Assembly: GCA_966211935.1 (NCBI GenBank)
Contig: CBIHPU010000001.1
Location: 1 to 34,376, forward strand
Source of the DNA: an uncultured bacterium
GTDB lineage: Bacteria; Bacteroidota; Bacteroidia; B-17B0; Aurantibacillaceae
Length of the DNA stretch: 34,376 nt
Reading direction: 5' to 3'
Shown: piece by piece, positions 1 through 10,600 of the stretch
How the letters are laid out: each line of letters opens with the position of its first letter
Numbering within the stretch: position 1 is the stretch's first letter
Translations under genes and position numbers: made by a program
The notes under the pieces: model-generated
Seen by the model: only the letters and a program-made list of their open reading frames with translations
Told to the model about the DNA's origin: nothing
The model's database searches: none

Positions 1-526
1 ATGTTTGTCCGCTGTAACGATAATTTACGTCGGGACAAACAAATTTTCTGCCCACAGATTTGATTCCATCCGCACAAATTAAAATATCTCCGTAGGCTTC
101 GGACCCATCATGAAACAGGGCAACTGCCCGCTTGGTATCTGCTCCTATTCCCGAAAAATGTTTTGACGTATGAATTTTTTCGGGAGGCAACTTACTCAAC
201 AGAATTTTATGCAAATCAGCTCTATGCAATGCAAGGGTTCCATATTTAAATTTCTTCTTCACTTTGCTGTTGTCTATGGAAGAAATGATCCGGTAATTCG
301 TATTGACAACAAAGATCTCTTCAAGATCCTTACCTGCTCTTTCCACTTCAGGTAAAATAGCGAGACGATCAAAAACATGCTGCGCATTAGATGCTATCCA
401 TAACCCGGCACCCACTTCTTTAAGTTCGTTGGCCTGCTCGAACAATTCAAAATCGATTCCCTTTTTGTGCAGGGCAATGGCAGTGGTTAATCCACCGATA
501 CCGCCTCCTATTATAATTGCTTTCAA
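1..526 (-). CDS. FAD-dependent monooxygenase (UbiH/salicylate-hydroxylase-like), N-terminal ~175 codons only; gene continues past window start
   Basis: Absent from the ORF track because it runs off the window. My reverse-strand translation from TTG (526-524) gives MKAIIIGGGIGGLTTAIALHKKGIDFELFEQANELKEVGAGLWIASNAQ..., which contains a GxGxxG Rossmann FAD fingerprint. It reaches ...DILICADGIKSVGRKFVCPDVNYRYSGQT at position 1, a GADGxxSxxR-type motif. I hand-translated the frame and it is open throughout. There is no in-frame ATG, so the TTG start is an assumption. The + strand ORFs 170..355 and 303..548 are antisense shadows. Confidence 0.8.
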   Translation of the reverse strand, partial: MKAIIIGGGIGGLTTAIALHKKGIDFELFEQANELKEVGAGLWIASNAQHVFDRLAILPEVERAGKDLEEIFVVNTNYRIISSIDNSKVKKKFKYGTLALHRADLHKILLSKLPPEKIHTSKHFSGIGADTKRAVALFHDGSEAYGDILICADGIKSVGRKFVCPDVNYRYSGQT

Positions 527-688
527 CTTTAATTTATTTTGCGTTTAATTCAGAAAACCGTTTGAAAAAGGCTGAAAAAAGACAGCCATTCATTCTGTAG
601 AAATATTTTCAGATCAATTATGGAAACACTGTTATTTCTGCATCTAATATAAGTCACCCCGTTTTATTAACCATTAAACAATAACAAC

Positions 689-3600
689 ATGAGCAGCAAA
701 TTCATGGCTTTGACAGGATCCCTGATCATAGGCGGGGGAATTTATTTTGCAGTAAAATCAACGGAACACGTTAAAAAAGGATTGGCAGATGAAAAAACCG
801 TGACAGAGCAAACCGAAACGGAGAGAGTCATCAACTCTTCTTTTCGCCTTCCCGACAATGCCGGTAGGTTTCCGGCTCTGCTGGTAAAACAAAATAATGA
901 GGATGAAAGATCAGTCCCGCTCAAAATCTCCAGCGTAAAAGTCGACGTAAAAGTTGCGGGAAATCTTGCCACTACCTTGTATGACATTACCTATTGTAAT
1001 AGTCTGCCAAGAATACTTGATGGTCAATTTTGTTTTCCTTTAGGGGAAGGCCAGACGATCTCTTATTTTGCAATGGAAATAGACGGGCAGCTCAGAGAAG
1101 CGAGTATTGTTGAGAAGTCGAAAGGGCGAAAAACCTATGAGGCTGTTGTAAGGAGAAAGATCGATCCTGCATTACTTGAATGGACAGCCGGAAATAATTT
1201 TAAAACGCGCATTTATCCTATACCGGCCAACGGATGCAAACGCGTTATTGTTGGATTTGAACAAGAGCTGCTCAACAAATCGAATGCAACTGTTTATTAT
1301 CAACCAATATCTTTTCCCAACGTGCCGGACAATTTTACGGTACATGCAGAAGTGCTGAACCAGGAGCTGAAACCAACAAAGTTTGATGAGCAGGGATTAC
1401 CGGTTAAGTTTAAACGTGATAGCAATAAATGGATTTACGACGACAATATCCGATATTATGTAACAGGAAAATCAATTGCATTTCAGATTCCAAAAAATGA
1501 CGGGAGCAGGAATGTAATGGTTGAAAAGGCTAAGAACGGTGATGCTACTTTTTACCTCAACGTTATTCCAGAAAAATATTCAGCAAAAAAAAGTTTGCCA
1601 TCGGCAATTTGCGTTTTGTGGGATGTTTCCGCATCCGCTGAAAAGAGAAATCTGAATTCAGAAAAGCAGCTTCTGTTTTCTTATCTGAAAAAGATCAATA
1701 ATACAAAAGTTGAACTGGTGACCTTTAGTAACGACATTCACACTACAGAGGTATTTAACATCACGAACGGGCAAACGGCGGAGTTGGAAAAAAGAATTGA
1801 CAAGCTTGTCTATGATGGAGGAACCCAGCTTGGAAAACTTGACCTCACGTCCTACAATTGCGATGAGTTTATTCTGGTTACAGATGGCATCAGTAATTTT
1901 GGAGAGGAAAACATTAATCTTTCACGCACACCATTAAACGTTTTCTGTTCTTCGCCCATATCAGATTATTCTTACCTGAAAGGATTAACCCAATCTACCG
2001 GCGGAAAATTCCTGAACCTGCAGACAACCGACTCTGCTACGTGTATAAACGAACTAAGCACACTGGAATATCATTTTATTTCCTGCGAAGCATCAGAGAG
2101 CATCAGTGATATTTATCCCTCCACTCCAACTACAGTTATAAAGAACTTCACACTTGCAGGCAAGCTTCATGATAACAAAGGAGAACTAAAGCTGAACTTT
2201 GGAATCGGCAATAAAATTCTTTATTCCGAAGAGATTACTGTTTACAACGATCAAGTGGATTATGAAGGAATGGTAAACAGAGCCTGGGCGCAGAAGAAAC
2301 TAAACGAGCTGGATATTTTTCACAAAAGGAACAAAGAAGAGATTACCTCGTTGGGGAAAAAATACAACATTGTTACGCGTAACACATCGTTGCTGGTGCT
2401 GGACAGAATTGAAGATTACCTCGAACACCGTGTTGTGCCCAAAGACCCCGATTTGAAACAGCTATATCTGACACGTGTACGTGAGATAAAATTGGATGCA
2501 GATAAAAAAAGAAAAGAGCATGTTGAATGGGTTGTAAAAGATTTTCAGGATATGAGAGATTGGTATAACACAGAATATAAAATTGAAACCGAAGAAAAAA
2601 TTAACTCTGGATTCACCGTAAACTTAGATTCTACCGTCGCTATTGGCGGCACCTATTTATATAGCTTTTCTAATAACGAAGTTTCTAAAGATGCCGAGGT
2701 AGTTGAGAACAACAATAACTCGCTAACATACACAACGCTGTCTTCCGGCGCTTCGACAACGTTAAGCAATATAACAGTTACTGACGCCAATGCGTGTACC
2801 TTTGGCTGGAGCGCGACTCCGGAAAAAGACAACAGTTCTGAATTCAAAGCCGACATTCAATTAAATGGCTGGGACCCGCAAACACCATACATTCGGGTAT
2901 TGAAAAGCGTGCCGGCTGCACAGGCATATTCTAAATATATTTCCATAAAAAAAATATACGCCGCCCAACCTTCATTTTTTGTTGATGTGGCTGATTACTT
3001 TATAAAACTAAAAGAAACAGAATCTGCCATAAGAATCTTAAGCAACATTGCGGAACTTGAACTTGAGAACCACCAGTTGCTTCGTGTGCTTGCACATCGT
3101 CTGCAGCAGCTCAACGAAAATAAGCTGGCGATCTGCACCTATAGAAAAATTCTGGAAATCAGAGATGAAGAGCCACAGAGCTACCGTGATCTTGGCCTGG
3201 CTTACGCTGACGACAAACAATATCAGAAGGCAGTTGATTATTTATGCAAAGTAGTAAACCGTGTGTGGGATTCACGTTTCCCGCAGGTAGAATGCCTGGC
3301 AGTGGCGGAAATCAATCACGTGCTTGCCAAAAGCAAAGAGAATTTGAATTTAGATTCTCTCGATAAGCGTTTGACAAAGGCAATGCCCTGTGATGTGCGC
3401 ATTGTGATTAACTGGGATACCGATAACTGCGATATGGATCTTTGGGTTACAGATCCGGATGGTGATAAATGTTTTTACAATGAGCCATTGACCAACAGAG
3501 GAGGTCTGCTGAGCAGAGATTTTACAGGAGGGTATGGTCCGGAAGTGTTTATGATCAGAAAAGCCACCAAAGGAAAGTACCTTGTTCAGGTAAATTATTA

Positions 3601-3760
3601 CGGAACCAGCAGCCAGGGGCTAACAGGACCAACAACTGTGCAGGCCGAGCTCTATACAAACTGGGGAAGACCAAATGAAGTGCGAAAAACTGTAACGTTA
3701 AGACTGGCAGATCAGGCGGAAGTAATTGATATTGGTAATCTTGCCTTCGTCAGCCGCTAG
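689..3760 (+). CDS. Membrane-anchored VIT + vWA + TPR-like + DUF2135-like multidomain protein (1023 aa)
   Basis: ORF track entry with ATG at 689. N-terminal hydrophobic anchor LTGSLIIGGGIYFAV. A VIT-like region at about aa 70-200 (VKVAGNLATTLYDITYCN...FCFPLGEGQTISYFAMEIDGQLREASIVEKSKGRKTYE...WTAGNNFKTRIYPIPANGCKRV). A vWA MIDAS-type start ICVLWDVSASAEKR, with LVTDGISNFGE further on. TPR-like helices (SYRDLGLAYADDKQYQKAVDYLCKVV). The C-terminal block CDVRIVINWDTDNCDMDLWVTDPDG...GYGPEVFMIRKATKGKYLVQVNYYG matches my memory of DUF2135. Domain names come from motifs, not an HMM run. Confidence 0.75.
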   Translation: MSSKFMALTGSLIIGGGIYFAVKSTEHVKKGLADEKTVTEQTETERVINSSFRLPDNAGRFPALLVKQNNEDERSVPLKISSVKVDVKVAGNLATTLYDITYCNSLPRILDGQFCFPLGEGQTISYFAMEIDGQLREASIVEKSKGRKTYEAVVRRKIDPALLEWTAGNNFKTRIYPIPANGCKRVIVGFEQELLNKSNATVYYQPISFPNVPDNFTVHAEVLNQELKPTKFDEQGLPVKFKRDSNKWIYDDNIRYYVTGKSIAFQIPKNDGSRNVMVEKAKNGDATFYLNVIPEKYSAKKSLPSAICVLWDVSASAEKRNLNSEKQLLFSYLKKINNTKVELVTFSNDIHTTEVFNITNGQTAELEKRIDKLVYDGGTQLGKLDLTSYNCDEFILVTDGISNFGEENINLSRTPLNVFCSSPISDYSYLKGLTQSTGGKFLNLQTTDSATCINELSTLEYHFISCEASESISDIYPSTPTTVIKNFTLAGKLHDNKGELKLNFGIGNKILYSEEITVYNDQVDYEGMVNRAWAQKKLNELDIFHKRNKEEITSLGKKYNIVTRNTSLLVLDRIEDYLEHRVVPKDPDLKQLYLTRVREIKLDADKKRKEHVEWVVKDFQDMRDWYNTEYKIETEEKINSGFTVNLDSTVAIGGTYLYSFSNNEVSKDAEVVENNNNSLTYTTLSSGASTTLSNITVTDANACTFGWSATPEKDNSSEFKADIQLNGWDPQTPYIRVLKSVPAAQAYSKYISIKKIYAAQPSFFVDVADYFIKLKETESAIRILSNIAELELENHQLLRVLAHRLQQLNENKLAICTYRKILEIRDEEPQSYRDLGLAYADDKQYQKAVDYLCKVVNRVWDSRFPQVECLAVAEINHVLAKSKENLNLDSLDKRLTKAMPCDVRIVINWDTDNCDMDLWVTDPDGDKCFYNEPLTNRGGLLSRDFTGGYGPEVFMIRKATKGKYLVQVNYYGTSSQGLTGPTTVQAELYTNWGRPNEVRKTVTLRLADQAEVIDIGNLAFVSR

Positions 3761-3818
3761 TTCGCTATTTTTGTTAGATTTGGTATAATAATTGAAAACC
3801 GATACCAAACCTTTAACC

Positions 3819-4379
3819 ATGAAAAAAAGACTTCAACTTTTTGCCCTCCTGTTATGCGTTAGCGTTCTGGCTGTAAATGCGCAGATGCTGAAAGGAAAAG
3901 AAACGAACGTACAGTTCTTTTCAGAAACGCCGATGGAAAACATTTCGGCTACCAACAAATATGTAGTGCTGATGCTTAAGCCAAGCAGTAACGCTTTACA
4001 GATTCTCGTACACAACAAAGGTTTTACTTTCGAAAAGCCGTTAATGCAGGAGCATTTCCATGAAAACTATATGGAAACGGAGAAATTTCCCGAATCCAAA
4101 TTTGTAGGAAATATTATTGAGAAGGTAGATTACACTAAAGATGGAGAAACTGCTGTAACCGCTAAAGGGAAGCTTACTATTCATGGTGTAACGAAGGATG
4201 TAGAAATTAAAGGAAAGATCAAAATCGTGAATGGAGTTGTATCACTGGAGGCTAAGTTCCCTGTTAAGGTTGCCGATTATGGAATACAGGTTCCAAGTCT
4301 GGTAACAGAGAAAATTGCTGAGGTGGTTGAGGTTACAGTAATATCTACGCTTGAAACATTCACTCCGCCTAAGAAATAA
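3819..4379 (+). CDS. YceI-like (lipid/polyisoprenoid-binding) secreted protein
   Basis: The ORF track starts at TTG 3792. I prefer ATG 3819 because MKKRLQLFALLLCVSVLAVNAQ is a clean signal peptide. The body (FFSETPMENISATNK...LMQEHFHENYMETEKFPESKF...GKLTIHGVTKDVEI...FPVKVADYGIQVP) resembles Bacteroidota YceI-family proteins. Confidence 0.7.
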   Translation: MKKRLQLFALLLCVSVLAVNAQMLKGKETNVQFFSETPMENISATNKYVVLMLKPSSNALQILVHNKGFTFEKPLMQEHFHENYMETEKFPESKFVGNIIEKVDYTKDGETAVTAKGKLTIHGVTKDVEIKGKIKIVNGVVSLEAKFPVKVADYGIQVPSLVTEKIAEVVEVTVISTLETFTPPKK

Positions 4380-4398
4380 AATTCTTGTTGTTTTTAGA

Positions 4399-4430
4399 AA
4401 ACCCGCAAAGAAACCTGCGGGTTTTTTTAT
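4399..4430 (+). terminator. Intrinsic terminator after the YceI-like gene
   Basis: aaaCCCGCAaagaaaccTGCGGGttttttt. The 6-bp GC stem (4402-4407 / 4416-4421) is extended by A:T pairs and followed by a T7 run. Confidence 0.8.
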
Positions 4431-4691
4431 TTTTCATGAACCTTTTAGGTTTTTTCACGTAGAAAAGGGTGAGCAAGATTGTTCCCACCCAATAAAGCTC
4501 GTTACAGACAAGAATGGAGTTAGAGAGATTTGTGTTTAAGTAACGGTCAATATATATCCGGAACATTAAATCGGAAAGTTTATTGGCGCTTAAGCTTAAA
4601 GCAGCTTTTTTTGTAAATTCAGCAGCTCATAATTTTAGTGTTGTGCTGAACCTTACAAGTTATAAGGCGTATAATAATACAGGTATTTTGT

Positions 4692-7600
4692 ATGAGACTA
4701 TCGATACTTAAGACAGCGGCACTTGTTTTTTTCTTACAGTTTCTACTGTACAGCAACCCGCTTTCTTCCCAGTGCGGACCTAACACACCGGTTTTCACGG
4801 TAAACCTTACCGGAGTGCCTGACAGTGCATGGATTTCACCTACAATTCAGCGTAATGATACCTGTTGCGGCGCTACCGCTCCCGACGTATGTATTAAGTT
4901 TGTTATTACTCTCGATCCAGGCGCAGTTGGAATCAACTTCAATATTGCGTCAGGAGCCGTTCCCGGAGGCGCTTTATTTTATCAGATAAATTGCGGACCA
5001 CCGGTTCAGGCAGGGCAACCAATCTGTCTTAACGGTCCGGGGCCACACGTACTTACTTTCTGCAAGCCAGGAAACAACCAGAATACATACGCTATTACTT
5101 CAATCCCCGGACCAACAGCATCTCCAAACATTATAGTTAATGATGGTTGTATCGGAACGATAAGCTCCACAGGATTCGATCCGAGTACGGTAAGCTGGAC
5201 TTCAATTTTTCCAGGCGCTCCTGGCGCTTACAATAACTATCTGAGTTGTGCTACCTGTACAACAACCCAGGTAACAGCGCAAGTGGGTTATCCTCCTTTT
5301 GTTGATTATGTAATTTGCGGAATTGCAGACGCTGCCTGCCAGACTAATCAGATTTGCGATACGGTTCGCGTAACTTTTAATCCCACACTTTTTGCTAATA
5401 TCGCTCCGCAGCAACCAGCAGTCTGTTTTGGTCAGACAAACGCGGTGATCACAGCAAATGGAACCGGAGGAACTCCTCCTTACAATTATAACTGGAATAC
5501 AGGAGCGACAACGCAGTCGATAAGCGTAGGTGCTGGAACTTATCTTGTAATCATAGGTGACGCATCCGGATGTCCGCCAACAACAGATACAGTGGTTGTT
5601 ACATCTTTCACTAATCCAATTACAGCTAACGCAGGCGCAGATATTTATGTTTGCGGTACCGCTAATCCCAACGCTGCCCTTAACGGGTCTGTTACCGGAG
5701 TAACAACCGGAATATGGAGCGGCGGAGCCGGAAATTTTTCTCCATCATCTACAAATCTTAACGCGACTTATATTCCTACCTCAACCGAAATCAGTAATGG
5801 TTTTATTGACTTGTATTTAACCACGACAAACAATGGTCCTTGTCCGGGCGATATAGATACAGTTCGCGTTTTCTTTACAAACTTCTCCGGTACCATTGTG
5901 CCAACTGTAACACCTCCAGACTGTAACGGAGGAACAAACGGCAGCGTGTCAATTTCGGTTACTGGTCCATATTCACCTTTTACTGCAACCTGGCAAACCA
6001 ACCCGGTGCAGACAGGACTAACAGCAAACAATCTTTCAGCGGGAGTTTATACATATACCGTAACGAACAGTTTAGGTTGCACAACTACTCAGACTGTTAC
6101 TGTTACTGAACCTCCAGGGTTAAATTCGGTGATGAGTATTACGAATGTAAATTGTGCGGGAACCTCGACCGGTTCGGCAACTGTTACGCCATCCGGAGGA
6201 ACTCCCGGTTATTCGTATTCATGGACTTCGGGAGGAGGTAGTGCGGCTAACATCAGTGGTGTTCCGGCAGGATCATACACCGTAACAATTACTGACAGTA
6301 AAGGATGCACAATCCAGGATACGGCCATACTTACTCAACCACCGGTTCTGAACGTTTCTATTGTAGGAAATTCACCTACCTGTGCTGGTTTAAGTAATGG
6401 AACAGTTTCTGCCATTGTTACGGGAGGAGTTCCCGGATATATTTACAATTGGGTCGGTAACGGAAGTACATCTTCATTCGCTTCTGGTTTAATTGCAGGC
6501 TCGTATACTGTAAATGTAACAGACGCGGCAGGTTGTTTAACCCAGGCAGCAGTTACTCTTGTGGATCCTCCGCCATTGACACTTACAGTAAGTAAAACCA
6601 ATGAAACTTGTGATTATGCGGATAACGGAACAGCTACCGCTAACGTTGCTGGTGGTACTCCAAACTATACTTATCTGTGGCAACCAGGTGGTTTTTCTAC
6701 TCAATCAATAAGTTCAGTAACAGCCGGAAGTTATACTGTTACAGTTACGGACGCCAAAGGTTGCCAGATCCTGACTGTTTTTTCTATTTCACAACCAGGT
6801 CCTTTGGTCGCTACAATTCCAAACATGACAAATGTAACTTGTAATGGAGCTGCAAACGGATCTGCCAGTGCCGCGGTTACAGGAGGTACGCCATTGTATA
6901 ATTACAGCTGGAATCCGGCACCCGCTAGCGGGCAGGGAACCAGCGGCGCTTCAGGAATGGCGGCGGGAAATTATACTCTTACCGTGTTCGATGCTCAGGG
7001 ATGTGTTACGACACAAACAGTTACAATTACAGAACCCGCGCCACTTACAACAACACTCAGTATTATCAATGTAAATTGTAACGGAACAAATTCAGGTTCG
7101 ATAACACCAGGTTCTACCGGAGGCACGTCGCCTTATAGTTATATGATGTTTCCTGGCAACGTTGTCGGTACCACTTTTCCAAATCTTGCATCCGGTACAT
7201 ATACTGTTCAGACAACAGACGCGAATGGCTGCACTATACAAACTACAGGGTCTGTTACTCAGCCTGCACAGATAATTGTAAACTCCAGTTCAACTAATTC
7301 AACCTGCGGAAACGCGAACGGTAGCGCCTCAATAGTACTTGGAGGAGGAGTCGGACCATATTCTATCACCTGGCTACCAACGGGTGGCAACGCCACAACT
7401 GCATCCAACCTTTTATCAGGATCATATACTGTAACTGTTACAGACGCGCTCGGATGTGATGACATTGAAATTGTTGTGGTTCAGGATAACGGCGCACCGA
7501 CTACAAATATTTCTTCAACAACCAACGTTGCATGCTTTGGTGGAAATACTGGTTCAGCTACAGTTTCCGCCCTGGGTGGAGCGCCACCGTATACTTATCA

Positions 7601-10600
7601 GTGGTCGCCGACTGGCGGAACCGGAGCTACTGCGAACGGATTAACTGCAGGAGTTTATATTGTAACTGTAACAGACGCCAACGGATGCCAGTCGCAGGCA
7701 ATAACAAGTCCACCAATTACAGAACCACCACCACTTGCACTGACACTTTCCCAATCAGCTGTGAGTTGCAATGGAGGATCGAACGGAAGCGCTTCTTCAA
7801 TTGTTTCAGGAGGAACTCCTAATTATACTTATTTATGGTCTCCAGGTGGATCTACCAGAAGTACTGCCAATGGTTTATCAGCCGGCTTTTTTACACTCAT
7901 TGTAACCGACGCTAACGGATGTCCGATCTCATCCAACATTACAGTAACTGAACCTTTAGCGCTTTCAGCATCAATTGCCGCGACCTCAAGTGTCAGTTGC
8001 TTCGGAGGGAACAACGGATCAGCTTCTGTAACTGCAAATAACGGTACTCCACCGTATTCATATTCCTGGTCTCCTACTGGCGGAGGGACGCCGATCGCAT
8101 CAGGATTGAGTGCCGGAAGTTACACCTGCATAGTAACAGATTCAAAAGGTTGCACCTTTTCTGTATCAACAGCAATCACGCAACCAACATCTCCGCTCTT
8201 TGCAACGGTGAGTAACACCCAGGTTTCATGTTTTGGAGGATCTGACGGAACAGCTACAGCAAACCCGTCTGGAGGAACATCCGGATACAATTATTCATGG
8301 ACGCCATCCGGTTCCGTTTCGCAAACTGCAACCGGATTAACACAGGGAGTTCACTATGTTACAGTAACTGATGCGAATGGTTGTGTTTACACCGCGGCAA
8401 CGATTGTGTATCAGCCCTCAGCTCTTTCTATATCGGTAAGCACAGTAAATTCAACTTGCGGTAACGCCAATGGAATTGCATACGCTTCTGTTTCCGGAGG
8501 AACTCCGGGATACTCTTATGTATGGTCACCTATAGGAGGCGCTGGTTCAAATGCAACAGGATTATTGGCAGGCAGCTATACGCTGACAGTAACAGATTCA
8601 AAAAACTGTATTTCAACATTTCCTTTTACACTTTCAAACACAGCGGGTCCTTCTATCACTGCAAACGTAGTAAGCCATGTAACCTGCTTTGGCGGGAACA
8701 ATGGCGCGGCAAGCGCAGGAATTACAGGCGGAACGGGTCCCTTTCAATTTGCCTGGTCGCCTTCAGGTTCAAGCTCTTTAAATGCATCTTCACTTTTTGC
8801 AGGAACACACACTGTAATCGTGTACGATAATAATAGTTGTTCGGACACTGCAACTGTTGTTGTGAACCAACCCACACAGCTTACTGCTACTGTAAGTGTT
8901 GTGTCCAATGTTTCGTGTTTCGGAAGTAACAATGGTAGTCTCAGCGCCTCGGTAAGCGGAGGATCCGGACCATATAATTTCAGCTGGTCACCGGCAGGAG
9001 GAAACGCGGCAATTGCTTCAAATTTATTTACCGGTTCATATACAGTAACTGTAACTGATGCAAACAGCTGCGTAACTCAGGCTTCAGGATCAATATCACA
9101 ACCGTCGCAACTTTCAGCTTCTATTTCGGCTTCCGCGAACCCGTCTTGTTTTGGTTATCAAAATGGATGGATGAGCGCGGGATCATCTGGCGGAACTGTA
9201 CCTTACACTTACAGCTGGTCCACAACGCCGGCACAAAGTGGAAACACTGCAACATCATTAGCGGCCGGAGGATACACTGTAACAGTTACCGATGCTAATG
9301 GCTGCAGCGCACAGGCTAACGGAGTATTAATTCAACCTTCACAGGTTATTACAAGTGCAGGTAACGGTATGATATTGTGTAATGGATCGTCAACAAACAT
9401 AACAGCAAGCGCAAGCGGCGGCAGTGGTAATTACACGTATTATTGGAATCCAGGCAACTTTACCGGAAGCAGTCCTTCAGTTAGTCCGTCATCAACTACA
9501 CAGTATACAGTTGCGGCGTACGATGCAAACGGATGTCCGGGCAGTTCGGATACGCTTAGCGTAACAGTTTACACTTTAAACTCAGGCAATCTAATTGTAA
9601 CTGCATTTTCACCAATCTGTCCCGGAACCAGCACCGTTGTTTACGCGCAGGTTAACGGAACTCCTGGTCCACTGACTTATTTCTGGAACAACGGATTAGG
9701 ATCTGGTCCCGGAGGCTTTACAGTTACACCAACAAATCCTACAACTTACATTTGTACCGTAACAAACAGCTGCGGAGTTACTATTTCGGATTCTGTTACG
9801 GTTACATTTAATCCGCCACCAAACGTTGCTCTGACAAGCAGCCCTGGAGTTGGTTGTGTTCCTCTGACAGTTCAATTCCTTGATCAGAGCAGCGGCCTGC
9901 AAAACGATCCTATCAACTCATGGTTATGGAACTTTGGAAACGGAAACACAAGCACACAACAAAATCCTTCATATACGTTTAACAGTGCCGGAGTTTTCAA
10001 TATCACCTTAACTGTTGGTACGATTGGTGGATGTTCAAACAGTAACGCAACTGCGCCTTACACCGTTACTGTCTATGCGGTACCGGTAGCGGCATTTAAC
10101 GTAAACACAGATCAGCTTGATCTTCCTTACGATCCTCTTGTAACCACGAACTTATCTACTGGTGCCACAAATTATATTTGGGATTTTGGTGATGGAAGCT
10201 CATCCGTATCAACTAACGCGACACATTTATACAGCGCGCCAGGTACTTATACAGTGCAACTCATAGCTATAAATTCTGTTGGGTGCTCAGACACAACCAC
10301 AAAAACTGTAGAGGCAATCACTGATATTATTTTCCCTAACGCCTTTACCCCGGATCCGGGGGGTGCCAACGATGGCAGCTACAGTTACAACGATTACAGC
10401 AACAACGTTTTCTATCCATTCACGGCAGGAGTTGAAAAATACAGATTACTTATCTTTAACCGTTGGGGTGAGCTGATCTTCGAAAGCACGGATGTAAAAA
10501 CAGGATGGAACGGATACTACCGCGGAGAAATCTGTCAGGAGGATGTATATATTTGGAAGGCAGAAGTTAAGTTTGTTGGAGGAAGAACATTTAATAAAGT

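Noticed and set aside
170-548. + strand ORFs 170..355 and 303..548
   Set aside because: They are antisense to a convincing minus-strand FAD-monooxygenase frame with GxGxxG and DG motifs. Their translations have no recognisable features.
7532-8830. Alternative-frame ORFs (e.g. 7532..7822, 8522..8830) within the adhesin gene
   Set aside because: They are out of frame relative to a continuous, domain-rich 1977-aa ORF. The translations are Arg/Cys/Trp-rich nonsense, typical of off-frame reading of repeats.
5922-9345. Regular periodicity of about 228 nt that could superficially suggest a CRISPR-like or satellite array
   Set aside because: The period is in frame within one 1977-aa ORF. The units are diverged protein-domain repeats (SprB-type), with no short conserved direct repeats separated by unique spacers.
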